Source of the DNA: Paramoeba atlantica | Taxonomy: Eukaryota > Protista > Discosea | Assembly (NCBI GenBank): GCA_977017575.1 | Contig: CDRNVI010000021.1 | Coordinates: 310,001-374,000, forward strand | Reading direction: 5' to 3' | Length of the DNA: 64,000 bases | Shown here: positions 39,238-49,704 of the stretch, piece by piece | How positions within the stretch are numbered: the first letter of the stretch is position 1 | Layout of the letters: each line of letters starts with the position of its first letter | The notes under the pieces: generated by a model | Told to the model about the DNA's origin: nothing | The model's input: only the letters and a program-made list of their open reading frames with translations | The model's database searches: none | Position numbers and translations under genes: made by a program

Positions 39238-41232
39238 ATGTATTATCCGGAACGTCACTCACATCTAGCGATCTTTTCCAAGTTTACAATGAAAAGTATA
39301 TGCAATATAGTCGGCGTAGCAAGTCCGCATATCGCACGCGCTTCTACAAAGGCAAACGCAGAGTTGACATCTAAAGAGATTACTTACAATCCTGAAAATT
39401 TGTACCTTGAAAATCCTCTTTTGCTTCCCCGATTACCCATACCGAACGTGACCCACACACTCCAGAGGTACGCCGACACACTTTCCCCACTGAAGTCTGA
39501 CGTAGAGGTTCGAGCGCACATGGAAAAGCTGCGTTGCTTCCAGGACGGTTCCGCACAGAAATTGAACCGCATGTTACGACAACAGGATAACAAATTCGCC
39601 CAGTCGGGAAAGTACCCGTTCAACTACGTAGAGCGCATGTGGGACGACGGCTACTTGGCGTTTCGTGGCCCCAGCCCGATCAACATTTCCCCGGCCGTCA
39701 CGTTGCGTTCGATTCCTCGAATCGAGAGCAGTCAGTGTGGGGTGGCGGCCGAGTACGTCCACGCCTGTCTCCGGTGGTACGCCAAGTTTGTCGCAGGCGA
39801 GTTGGATATTGTCCCCTCAAAAGAAGGAGGAGTGGTGCTGGATTTATCTCAAATGTCTTCTCAGTTTGGGTGTTGTCGTGTCCCAGAAGCGGGTATGGAC
39901 CAAAGGAAAGCGACGCTGCGACCGCGTCATATTGTTGTGCTCCATCGCGGACATGTGTTCGAGGTATCAATTGGCGAGGAGAATGGGAGTTTCTACAGTC
40001 CCCGGGCTCTAGAACGTAGTTTCACTCAAATTCTGGCGAAAACTACGGAAGAAAATTCTTGCCCCGTTGGGGTTTTATCGACCGGGGGCAGGACAGACTA
40101 TGCTGGTTATATTAAGGAAGTGTGCAATGCCTCTCCAAAGAATGGCGAGCTTCTTGAACGTGTCCAAACGGCTTTTATGACTGTTTGCTTGGATGTATGC
40201 ACGGCCGCGGATCACGAGGCCAAACTTCAAGCTGTACTACACGGTATTGGGAGTGACCGCAACAATCGGTGGTTCGACAAACATCAGCTAATAGTTAGCA
40301 AAGATGGATGTGTGGGTTTTAATTTGGAATATGCTTTTAGCGATGGTATTACATGGGCACGTTGGATGGGTGAGGTGTGGCACCATCTAAATGGCACCAC
40401 CCATCTTACCCCCTACACGCCTCTTCCAGCACTCGATATTAGCAAGGTCGATCATGCACCCTACCACTCTCTGAATTTTCAAGTTCCAACCGCGATGCAA
40501 GGCGTATTTAACTCGGCAAAGCAATCTTGGAAAAGTGCTGCAAAGAATCTTTATCAAGGTATAGTGGTTGCAGATTTCGGACGCTCTCGCTTGAAAAAGT
40601 ACAAATTATCCCCTGATGCGTTCATTCAAATGGCTTTTCATCTCGCGTTTTATCGTCTTAGTGGACGCATGGCCCCTACTCAGGAGTATGTGAGCACGGC
40701 GTCTTTTTTTCATGGTAGAACTGAGACGCTAAGGAGTGCCACGAACGAAATGGCCCAATTTGTACGCTGCAAAGGGTTAGAAGAGCCGACTGAGACATCA
40801 TCTCAGCTTTTAGAGGTTGCCAACAAGTGTGCATACGAAGCTGCGGGAAGACACTCTTCTCTTGTGAAACTGGCGTCACAAGGACAGGGTGTGGATCGAC
40901 ATCTTCAGGTACTCAAAGCCCTGGCTGCATCTGAGGGACAAGTATTTGCAGATGCCAATGATTTCTTTAACGATCCACTATACGGATATTCGGGGAGCTG
41001 GCAGATGTCTACCGCGAACGCTGGGCTCTCCCCCTTTGCAGAGTCTTACTGTTTTGGCCCCGTCCTGGAAAACGGATACGGACTAGGATACGTAATACAT
41101 GAGGACCGGGTTGCATGCTCTGTTTCGTCATTTTTAAGTGGACGAAAGTCATCAGGAACGCGTATGCGTGATGCGCTTCAGCAAGCTATGAGAGATATAT
41201 CTGTAGTCCTGGGTAGTCAAAAATTGGTCTAA
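39238..41232 (+). CDS. Carnitine/choline acyltransferase-family protein lacking the catalytic His (CPT2/CrAT-like)
   Basis: LPRLPIP, NRWFDK, EYAFSDG (His replaced by Tyr), SPDAFIQMA, HGRTETLRS, GVDRHL, GYGLGY. Alternative start at 39289. Confidence 0.85.
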   Translation: MYYPERHSHLAIFSKFTMKSICNIVGVASPHIARASTKANAELTSKEITYNPENLYLENPLLLPRLPIPNVTHTLQRYADTLSPLKSDVEVRAHMEKLRCFQDGSAQKLNRMLRQQDNKFAQSGKYPFNYVERMWDDGYLAFRGPSPINISPAVTLRSIPRIESSQCGVAAEYVHACLRWYAKFVAGELDIVPSKEGGVVLDLSQMSSQFGCCRVPEAGMDQRKATLRPRHIVVLHRGHVFEVSIGEENGSFYSPRALERSFTQILAKTTEENSCPVGVLSTGGRTDYAGYIKEVCNASPKNGELLERVQTAFMTVCLDVCTAADHEAKLQAVLHGIGSDRNNRWFDKHQLIVSKDGCVGFNLEYAFSDGITWARWMGEVWHHLNGTTHLTPYTPLPALDISKVDHAPYHSLNFQVPTAMQGVFNSAKQSWKSAAKNLYQGIVVADFGRSRLKKYKLSPDAFIQMAFHLAFYRLSGRMAPTQEYVSTASFFHGRTETLRSATNEMAQFVRCKGLEEPTETSSQLLEVANKCAYEAAGRHSSLVKLASQGQGVDRHLQVLKALAASEGQVFADANDFFNDPLYGYSGSWQMSTANAGLSPFAESYCFGPVLENGYGLGYVIHEDRVACSVSSFLSGRKSSGTRMRDALQQAMRDISVVLGSQKLV

Positions 41233-41441
41233 TCTAAATCTAGAAACAACAGGAATGCGAAAATCTTGTAAGAACATTTCTTATATTCAAAGCATGGAAT
41301 CCTTGTTCGTAGGAATCCTTGTTTGTTGTGTTGCCAGCAATAAAAGTGACGCTTAGCTCTTTTTTGGCCTTTTTATACCCATTCCGAAATAATGGAGTAG
41401 CGTTCCAAAATTAAAATGTGGGATTAGTCATTTCTGATTTA

Positions 41442-43568
41442 ATGACAGGCATCTTTTTCAAGGGAAAACCTTGTTTTGGCAAGTGTATTCATCAGACTTG
41501 CTTAAAAAGAACGTTTGGCGTATTTCATCCATTGTTTTCCGTAGCGCGCTTTACGGTTGCAATGTCTTCACAGGCTTTGGAAACATTGAAGCAGTCGTCC
41601 CCAACAAGTGCTCCACTAAAACATTTCGAAGACCTTGAAAAACTTAGGAGAAACATATTAGAAACTGTATCAGCCGGACAAGTAAGCCAAAATAATCGTT
41701 CGTATAGAGTTGGTGGTCGCGTATTAAGTAGAAGGCATATGGGAAAATTGTTATTTCTTACAATTGGACATGATAGTGGGAAAGTTCAGCTTGTTCTTGG
41801 AAAGCCTTCGAATGCCGAAGAAAATAGGTTGCTACAGGGGTCAATGCGAGAAATGGTAGATGCTTTTGTGTTTGCAAAAGATAATGTGCGTTTGCGAGAC
41901 ATAATTGAAGCCGAGGGCCACATAGGACGCACGGAAAAAGGAGAGCCAACTCTTTTTACAGTTTCAATCCGAATATTAGCTCCTTACCAGTGCGTTGATC
42001 TGATGCCACGTACGCAAGCATCTTTGACTCAGGAGCTCCGCTATCGATATCGATTTCTCGATTTGGTGGCAAATGAGAAAAGTATGGACAAGTTTCGAAC
42101 GAGATACTCATTATTGCGTTTTCTACGCTCGCATCTTGAGGCTCACGGCTTCGTAGAGGTAGAGACGCCCGTGTCTCACCCTACATCAGTCACAGATTCA
42201 GCTCTAAGTGTTTATAGTTCTGCACCACGGAGAGATAAGACTTTCGATACATATTTAAAACAGTTAATAGTCGCGGGTATGCCCAAAGTATTCGAAATTG
42301 TTCGCGTTTTTAAAAACAGTAACGCTGATTCTGAGAATACGCTCTCCTGTAAGTCGACTACCTGTGAATTATGTTTGGCGTATGGAAGTTGCTACGGCGA
42401 TCTTATTGGCTTCACCGAGTCCATGATTCTATATTTAGCGAGTTCTTCCACGGGAGAAAATACACTTACTTTAGACGCAACAGCAGATATGGTTCATAAA
42501 TCAAGACCAATATCCCCATACTCAGGCAAGGATTCTGAGGTTGAAGAGCCTAACGAATCGACATATGAACCTCCAAACCATAATAAAGGATGTAAAAGCC
42601 TACTGTATTCTACTGTGGAGCGTATCGATTCAAACACATCGAACCAAAACTCCAATCAGAAAATAATTGACTTTGCAGCTCCCTATGCTCGTTGTACTGT
42701 GCGATCCGCCTTGGAAAAGCATTTCGGAATTCAGTTTCCCAGCTACAATGCACTAGAAACTCCTGAGGGCATACTTTTCATGCAAGAAATACTGAGAAAT
42801 GAGATACCTAACACCACGGAGGAATTGACGACACCTAGACTTCTAGTAGAAAAAATGTTGCACACATTTATTGTACCGAATCTAATACATCCGACATTTC
42901 TGACAGAATACCCTATTTGGATGTTTCCATTTGCTCAGAAGACTTCGAAGAGTTCCTGGAGCGAAGCAACCCAGTCCCACGAAACTCTTGAATACTTTAC
43001 ATTGTTTATCAATGGGGTAGAAATCTGTAGTGCGAATGCCGAAATTTCTGATTTAAAAGATCTAGAAGACAGAAATTCTTTATATGCAGCGCAAAATGAG
43101 GGAAAGGATTCGTTGATATTCGCGCTTGACCCAAAATATAAGACTCTCCTGCGCTGTGGAATGCCTCCGACAGTGAGCTGGAGACTTGACATTGATCGTC
43201 TAGTTATGTTATTAACTAAGAGCAGTGATATCCGAGATGTCATACTTTTCCCCCCGTCTCGTCAAGACTACGTCAATCGCAGAGTGTCGAAAACCCGGAA
43301 CGACTACTGTGCAACTAAAGAAAATATTCGAAAATCGTTGGCAACGAAGTACGTGAGGTGGAAGAAAGCATTGGATACTATTTTGACACGCGGAGCAGCA
43401 ATTTTTCTTAAGAAAATATTACTTTGTCGAAAGAAAAGAGAGAAAAAGATAAAAACCAGAAAATTATCGCAGGCCCTTACCACAGGACATTCCAAAAACG
43501 TCAGTAATCAATCGGCGAACACCCATTTATCTAAAACCCACTGCGGCAGCAAGAGACACACGAAATAG
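41442..43568 (+). CDS. Lysyl-tRNA synthetase-like protein with degenerate class II motifs and C-terminal extension
   Basis: OB-fold (GRVLSRRHMGKLLF), RYRYRFLDL, GFVEVETP, GMPPT..W...IDRLVMLLT...IRDVILFP. Motif 2 reads FKNSNAD instead of FRNEGID. Confidence 0.8.
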   Translation: MTGIFFKGKPCFGKCIHQTCLKRTFGVFHPLFSVARFTVAMSSQALETLKQSSPTSAPLKHFEDLEKLRRNILETVSAGQVSQNNRSYRVGGRVLSRRHMGKLLFLTIGHDSGKVQLVLGKPSNAEENRLLQGSMREMVDAFVFAKDNVRLRDIIEAEGHIGRTEKGEPTLFTVSIRILAPYQCVDLMPRTQASLTQELRYRYRFLDLVANEKSMDKFRTRYSLLRFLRSHLEAHGFVEVETPVSHPTSVTDSALSVYSSAPRRDKTFDTYLKQLIVAGMPKVFEIVRVFKNSNADSENTLSCKSTTCELCLAYGSCYGDLIGFTESMILYLASSSTGENTLTLDATADMVHKSRPISPYSGKDSEVEEPNESTYEPPNHNKGCKSLLYSTVERIDSNTSNQNSNQKIIDFAAPYARCTVRSALEKHFGIQFPSYNALETPEGILFMQEILRNEIPNTTEELTTPRLLVEKMLHTFIVPNLIHPTFLTEYPIWMFPFAQKTSKSSWSEATQSHETLEYFTLFINGVEICSANAEISDLKDLEDRNSLYAAQNEGKDSLIFALDPKYKTLLRCGMPPTVSWRLDIDRLVMLLTKSSDIRDVILFPPSRQDYVNRRVSKTRNDYCATKENIRKSLATKYVRWKKALDTILTRGAAIFLKKILLCRKKREKKIKTRKLSQALTTGHSKNVSNQSANTHLSKTHCGSKRHTK

Positions 43569-43911
43569 GTGGGATTTAGAAAAACTCTAAAGGATTTAGA
43601 AAATCCTCTCACTTGTCCTAACACGTGACATATCCACTTTTGAGAAATTGAGGGCGGATATGTCACGTGGTAGTCCCCTGCCCTTGGCCATTCTTGAAGA
43701 TTCGCGAGATAACACATGCGAAGAAAATACGATAGTCAGAGGAAAAGGATAAACCTTACTTTGGTATACTTCAAGGAGTGTAGCCAAGAAAACTGACTGT
43801 TTCCTTATAGTTCGATTGTGTCACCTTCAGGTTTTGCGCCCCTATCGGGGCCGACGTTAAACCGTTTTCAGACCACCGGGGCCCCCTTTTATATTTTTTT
43901 CTTTTATTATA

Positions 43912-43964
43912 CTGTCACCCCCCCTTTATACTGCGGGGGGGTGAACCCCCCCTTTATACTTCCG
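43912..43964. repeat. MITE-end-like cluster of C7-TTTATAC motifs
   Basis: TA|CTGTCACCCCCCCTTTATAC then CCCCCCCTTTATACTTCCG, which recurs exactly at 45492-45510. Confidence 0.55.
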
Positions 43965-44287
43965 TTTTCATTCAGAAGAAAAAATGAGTGTCTAGATGAG
44001 TTTCCGCTAGTATTCATTTGAAGGTACACACTTCGTTTTTATGCATCAGTAAATTGTGTTTTTCGCCTAAAAAATCTTACCTCGAAATTTCAAAAAAACT
44101 GTTCACATGTTTTTCTTTACTTGCATACGATCACACTTTTGTTACAAAGCCGACTGAGTCGGAAGCTCTATGGCAACATATACCTATATCTTTCTGCTAA
44201 AAGAAAGAATTGCTAGTTTTATCTATCTCTATATGAACAGGGATCTCTCAAGAAAAGATATTTTATCGAGGGTTTCAATCTCATATA

Positions 44288-45324
44288 CACCCATGGACAG
44301 AAGTGTGCCCCAGGCCTGGCAAATGTCAATTTTTTTTATCCATTTTTGCTCATTTCTGCAGCTTTCGAGAGATCTAGTTCCCCTAGCGAAGAGCTTTGCC
44401 GCCTATTTTTCATAGGGACCCACTGGTGCTCTGGTGGTGACCCCAAAGTAGACCAAAAACAAAAAATGGTACATTAGACATCTAGAAAAAACATCACCCT
44501 TTCAATGATAAAATGAGAAAAAAGGAAATAGTATCAATATCCGCAATGCTCCCCATTGGTCTGAATAACTATTTGCAGACGTTTGGGAACAGACTTGATG
44601 GAATTCAACACTTTCTGTTTATGTGGGGCGCGTTTTAGAGCATTAAACGCCTTTTCTGTGGCCTTTGTCAGGGTTACATAGTTATGTGGCTTAAATTTTT
44701 TTTGTACCATTTTGTTCATCAAGCTCCAAACGTTCTCAATAGGATTGAGATCTGGAGAGTTGGGGGGCCAATTCATAAGAGGAATGGTACAGTTTATAAG
44801 CTCATGCTTTACCAAATTATGGGTTGTGGCGCTATCCATTTGAACCCATACAATTTCCTTATTTTCCTTCAAATACTCTAAGAATCCTTGTCGTGTTTTG
44901 AAGGCCCTTAGAATAGTTTCGCCCTTTACTTTGTGGGCGTCTGCATGGCTCACACCCCCAATTGGCTTGAAGATATGCAAGAAGAAGCCGTGGGTTGTGT
45001 AGATTTATGCTGTTTGACTATCTCTGTTCGCTCCGAAACAAACAAAGCGATGTTTCATTTGTGACTTATACGAGGCGGGGTCCTCGTGAAGAAAAAACAG
45101 GGAGAAAAAAGGATGATATACTAGAAAATTTGACACTGTTCCAAAACAAATGGGCAAAAAAACATGTCTTTTGGGCACAGGGGGCACAGGGGATTCCCTA
45201 TCAAGCAAAGGCGGCAAAGTTCTTCGCTAGGGGAACTAGATCTCTCGAATGCTGCAAAAATGAGCAAAAACGGATACAAAAATTGACATTTGCCAGGCCG
45301 GGGACACATTTCTGTCCATGGGTG
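44288..45324 (-). mobile_element. 1037-bp non-autonomous Tc1/IS630-like element with long TIRs
   Basis: At least 116-bp near-identical inverted repeats starting CACCCATGGACAGAA (44288-44404 and 45209-45324), with TA on both sides. Confidence 0.9.
44534..44980 (-). pseudogene. Truncated Tc1-like DDE_3 transposase (C-terminal half)
   Basis: WVQMDSATTH...WPPNSPDLNPIENVW. 32 residues between D and E. No HTH or first Asp. Confidence 0.9.
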
Positions 45325-45752
45325 TATATAGATAGTTTCAATCTCATACATGTATATATACACGCTATTCCTCAGCATATAGGGGTACAAACCGGCCTTA
45401 GAACACCAAAAAACAAACCGCTGTTTCGCGGTGTTTCACAAATCTAACACGCAGCCCCTTAATTGTTTCGCGGATTTTTCAAAAAATCAGACCCCCCCTT
45501 TATACTTCCGAAAGTCAGGTTCCCCCCTTTATACCTTATACTAAACAACTATTCAGGATTTCTGTTGAACACTTTCCATTTTGTATCATTATACGAAGCA
45601 ATTATTTTATACGATATTTTATACGAAGCAACATGGAATGAACGTTAAAGAATTTGTTGAATAACTATGAAATTCCGTGTGCATCAAGCGTATGATTAAG
45701 ACCCAAGCTTTTGATTAGCATCCATAGCGCAGTAAGACGAAGGGTCCTGGAC

Positions 45753-47486
45753 ATGGTGGCATCCAAGGTAGCAAAGCCAAAACCTAAGCATTGTCAGGCT
45801 GGTCAAAAGACCCTATCCAAGGAATCCTTAAAAACGATCTCTCCTCTATCCGGGATTCCGCCTTCACTTTCTTTCGCAGAGTATGCAGCCTCCGTTCTGG
45901 AACCTTCCACTTCCAATTCTTACCGTTTTCTGGTTTCTTTGTGCGCCAGCTTATATTTATTTCGCTCTTCGCCCGTTCGACTCCGTCGTGTGCTCTCAAA
46001 GTATGCTCTCAGATTTCTACAAGAAACAGAATGTACACATCACAGACTATGTAAGTTGGTATCAATTAAGCATGCTAGCTCGAATAGTTCAAGGAAAACC
46101 TCCTTGTTTGTGCGAGATCACATTCTATCTGTGCTTCAAGCCTGTATCGATCAATATTTTTCACAAAACTGGAAACATGTACAAGACCTTGAAGAAGCCA
46201 ACTGCAGAATGAAGCGACTTCTACAAAAGAGACACAAGCCCTCATTCTGTAATACTGACAACTCGAACAGAAATATCAACGACTGTTCTTTGTTCTCACT
46301 ACTTGCATACTCGAAATCGGATGCGGTGCAAAAGCATTCTCAGTGTAAATATCCCATGTTTTTGTATTTTTATTCATTGCTTTCTCCTTGGAGTGTACAT
46401 CTTCTTGAATCTGATATTCGGCAACTCGCAGAAGTACATGGCAAGAACGTCGTTGCAATTGATGGCGCCCGATCACCTTTACTCCTGCTCAGGTTTGGCA
46501 TCACAACCGTCCCAACGCTACTTTTTATTGAAAATTTCGAAGTAGTCCACGTTTTTCCTTCCAAGCATTGGAACGTAATGGAAATAACAAAATGGGCGAC
46601 AAGCCCCAAAAATGTTCGTCATTTTTCTGACTGCGTTGCACAGAATAAATTTTGGAAATTTCCGACCGTGCCCGTTCATCTAAAGTACGCCTCGATTCGA
46701 GAGATTTGTTCCCCTCTTGACAATCTACAAAAGCACATACTATCTGCGGCAAGCAGAGATGATCCTCCGCTTGCAATATTTTTAGGGGGTGGTATCGCTA
46801 GCGGTAAGAGCACGGCGGTATCTGCCTTGCTGCGCTGTCCAGCGTGGCTTAACTCCTGCAGACAAGCTGTGGTCATAGAGGCAGACGCTCTCAAATCGTC
46901 CTGTGGATCCTACGATGAGGTATCACGACACGAAGCAAGCGTTACACGGGCCGCACATCTTTTTGCTAACGCTGTTGCGAAACGTCAAAGTTTTATTTTT
47001 GATGGCACTATGCAATGGAAACCGTTTGTAGAAGATTGTGTGCGCATCGTTCGTGACGATCATTCTTCCTACGTGATGCAAGCCGATCTGGAAAGCGATC
47101 ACTACTTTGTTAAGACGGGCGATACAAAAGTTAAGTCAGAGCCGTATAAATTAATTTTGTTCGCTGTTACGGTAGATCCAATTCAAGCTGTCCAGAGATC
47201 TATTTTACGAAACCTTACCAAAGGGCGGGGAGTGCCTATACCAGCTCTATTGCTTTCTCATAAGAGATTTTCTCAAAATTTCTTATCTTACGTTCCCTTG
47301 TTTGATGAAGTCACCTTATTTGATAATAACATGAAACGGTGTTACGACGAAAATAATGAATACAACGCCATATATAGCAAGTGTGTACAAGACTATCAAC
47401 CGACAATTATAAACGAGGTGTCATTTCAGAATTTTTTAAAGCACAGTTCCCTAAATGAGGAAGCCGAAGATGCAGCAAGTCTTTAA
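45753..47486 (+). CDS. Zeta-toxin-like P-loop kinase (plant NADKc-like) with thioredoxin-like insert
   Basis: FLGGGIASGKST, VIEADALK, FIFDGTMQWKPFV, PYKL, SHKRFSQNF..Y. Upstream FLYFYS...RFGITTVPTLLF is Trx-fold-like without CxxC. Confidence 0.7.
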   Translation: MVASKVAKPKPKHCQAGQKTLSKESLKTISPLSGIPPSLSFAEYAASVLEPSTSNSYRFLVSLCASLYLFRSSPVRLRRVLSKYALRFLQETECTHHRLCKLVSIKHASSNSSRKTSLFVRDHILSVLQACIDQYFSQNWKHVQDLEEANCRMKRLLQKRHKPSFCNTDNSNRNINDCSLFSLLAYSKSDAVQKHSQCKYPMFLYFYSLLSPWSVHLLESDIRQLAEVHGKNVVAIDGARSPLLLLRFGITTVPTLLFIENFEVVHVFPSKHWNVMEITKWATSPKNVRHFSDCVAQNKFWKFPTVPVHLKYASIREICSPLDNLQKHILSAASRDDPPLAIFLGGGIASGKSTAVSALLRCPAWLNSCRQAVVIEADALKSSCGSYDEVSRHEASVTRAAHLFANAVAKRQSFIFDGTMQWKPFVEDCVRIVRDDHSSYVMQADLESDHYFVKTGDTKVKSEPYKLILFAVTVDPIQAVQRSILRNLTKGRGVPIPALLLSHKRFSQNFLSYVPLFDEVTLFDNNMKRCYDENNEYNAIYSKCVQDYQPTIINEVSFQNFLKHSSLNEEAEDAASL

Positions 47487-47791
47487 AGTAAAAAAAATTC
47501 GTTAGAAAAACAATGGAGAACTGTAACACTATTTCCTCTAAAATTCCGTCATTCTCCGTGTTCGCCAATTGTTTCGGAAATAACACTTCAGGATGTTTTT
47601 TGATCCACGAAATTGTTGTAATTCTACTAGAGCAACTCGTCCCTTCATTTACCTTTGGTATATTTGGTAACTTTAAGCAATCTACTAATTTTTTAATACA
47701 TACAACACGTAGTAACAAGAATATCTGATTGGCCAATACTAATCTAATAAGAAGAATATCTGATCGGTCAATACTTTATAAGTGTAATCAA

Positions 47792-48532
47792 ATGAGTCCT
47801 CAACATGTACTGGCAAAGTACTTAGCTGCAGGAGCTCGAAGTACGTCTGCATACTCCATGCGACGTGTGTCTCATCCGTCACGCGTTGTACTCACGAATT
47901 ACCCTTTTCGCACGTATTGCAGTGCTCCTGTACAGAACGAAAATGCTAAGGCTGAACCTAAGCCGAAAGCTCAAGAGCCGAGAAAAGTGGAGCCCCCTCA
48001 TCATGAATCAGTTAAACTGAATGCAGAAACTGAAAAACTTATTGCAGAAAAAGATAAGAGACTCAAAGACCTAAAAGACGAACTTCTCTATGCATTGGCT
48101 GACGCTCAAAATGCTCGAAAAATTGCAGCTGAAGATGTATCGAAAGCAAAAGAATTTGGTATTAAAGAATTTGCAAAGGATATGGTTGAAGTTGTTGACT
48201 GTCTTGAGAATGCAGTAGGGACGATAGGTAAGCTGAACGTTGAAGACACGGAGCGCTTAAAACATGTTTCTCTTGGCATCTCAATGACCCTTTCCGTAAT
48301 GCTTAAGAACCTTGAACGTCACGGGGTCAATAAAATTAATCTTAAGACCGGAGACGTCTTCGATTACAACTACCATGAAGCCTTGTACAATCATCCAATT
48401 AAAGCAGAAGAAAAGTTTAAGGATGGCCAAGTTGCTGCTATTGTGAAAACGGGATATATGATTGGAAGCCGTATACTAAGAGCGTCAAAAGTCGGAGTAG
48501 CACAGAAAGCAGAATCTCCGGAAGGGAATTGA
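47792..48532 (+). CDS. grpE: Mitochondrial GrpE (Mge1)
   Basis: LYALADAQNARK, FGIKEFAKDMVEVVDCLE, FDYNYHEAL, GYMIGSRILRASKVGV. Confidence 0.93.
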   Translation: MSPQHVLAKYLAAGARSTSAYSMRRVSHPSRVVLTNYPFRTYCSAPVQNENAKAEPKPKAQEPRKVEPPHHESVKLNAETEKLIAEKDKRLKDLKDELLYALADAQNARKIAAEDVSKAKEFGIKEFAKDMVEVVDCLENAVGTIGKLNVEDTERLKHVSLGISMTLSVMLKNLERHGVNKINLKTGDVFDYNYHEALYNHPIKAEEKFKDGQVAAIVKTGYMIGSRILRASKVGVAQKAESPEGN

Positions 48533-48960
48533 CTTTTTTCACTTCTTAATATTTTTTTTGCTTCTTTGGGATGGGCGACATTCCACTATTTATATGCACG
48601 ATGTATACGATCTAGCAAAATGTTGCTTTCGTTCACGAAGCAAACTTATATGGACAAATTTTGCCTACTCCTTCAAACTTGGCTTATTAATGCATTGCTT
48701 TTTTGCAATTTTTTAAGGAGCGCACATCGGAAATACATGTACACTGTATGCGCACTGCAATTAGTACAAGGTGAGATAGCCTCCTTCTACTCTTTTTTTG
48801 TCGCTCATTGTGTTGTCATATTGTGATATTCACTTCGTTGCACATGTTACGAGCCTTCTCAAGTCAATCGAGCTTTATTCTCATTCTTCTGGTCATTTTT
48901 TTGAGTGTATATCATACGACATACATTGTACATTTTATTACTTGCTGTTTTCAGCTGTGA

Positions 48961-49704
48961 ATGTGTCGATCTATTGAATATCGAGTACTGCGGAAAGATG
49001 CGGTGAACCACGAGGGAACCTCACAGCTATGTTTTGCAATGATTGAATGTGTAATTAATACTAAAAGGTTTTGGGAGGAAATAACATTGCACAGCGCAAC
49101 CCTGTGGCATCAATTGCTGTATAAATTTCTCTCCGAGGCAAATGCTTTTATTGTGGACATCGTTAATGTAATAGAAGTCCCTGACGAGAATTTCATTCTC
49201 ACTAAGGTCGCAGGCGGCAATATTACAAAACAAGTTCACGTTGATGTTGTTTTACACTGCCTCTCAAACGATAGTCTCAATCGCGCTAGCTCGTGTGTTT
49301 CAGGAAGTTTGGAGGAATTTATTTCTGAATATAACGGCACAGCGCGTATACGCTGTTCAAGTGGTCACTCCGCCGTGATAAATCTTTCCGGGGAATGCTA
49401 CCGACTTGGAGACACAATCACGGCTCAATGGGTTGGTGGTCAACTCATTGCAGTAACGACGCAGATTGAACAGAATCATACTACTGAAGTCATTCCAGTC
49501 TTGTGTTGCGATTGCAAAGAGCAAATTAGCCATAATAGCGAGTCCGGTCATGGACATACAAAGTGTCCCAGTACAGGAAGGGCACATCCCGTTTTGGGAG
49601 AGTTGCGCTTCGTCGCGCAGAATAGGCGATTGCAGTGGAAAAGAACGACGCAAAACGGTATTGTTTGCGTGGATTTATTCTTTACGAATTCTAAAAAGAG
49701 ATGA
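48961..49704 (+). CDS. Hypothetical protein with C-terminal Cys/His cluster
   Basis: 247 aa; CCDC...HTKCPSTGRAH. Confidence 0.55.
   Translation: MCRSIEYRVLRKDAVNHEGTSQLCFAMIECVINTKRFWEEITLHSATLWHQLLYKFLSEANAFIVDIVNVIEVPDENFILTKVAGGNITKQVHVDVVLHCLSNDSLNRASSCVSGSLEEFISEYNGTARIRCSSGHSAVINLSGECYRLGDTITAQWVGGQLIAVTTQIEQNHTTEVIPVLCCDCKEQISHNSESGHGHTKCPSTGRAHPVLGELRFVAQNRRLQWKRTTQNGIVCVDLFFTNSKKR

Noticed and set aside
39440-39970. Additional skew islands at about 39.4-40.0 kb, 33.9-34.2 kb and 58.3-59.2 kb
   Set aside because: GC is elevated, but the C-to-G switch is weak by eye. Left out of the main set pending a computed skew.
44170-45447. ORFs 44170-44415, 44995-45447 and 45121-45390
   Set aside because: They run through the non-coding TIRs of the Tc1-like element and show no protein motifs.
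48961-49704. MCM-like OB fold suggested by CYRLGDTITAQW
   Set aside because: The resemblance is too short to support a call.
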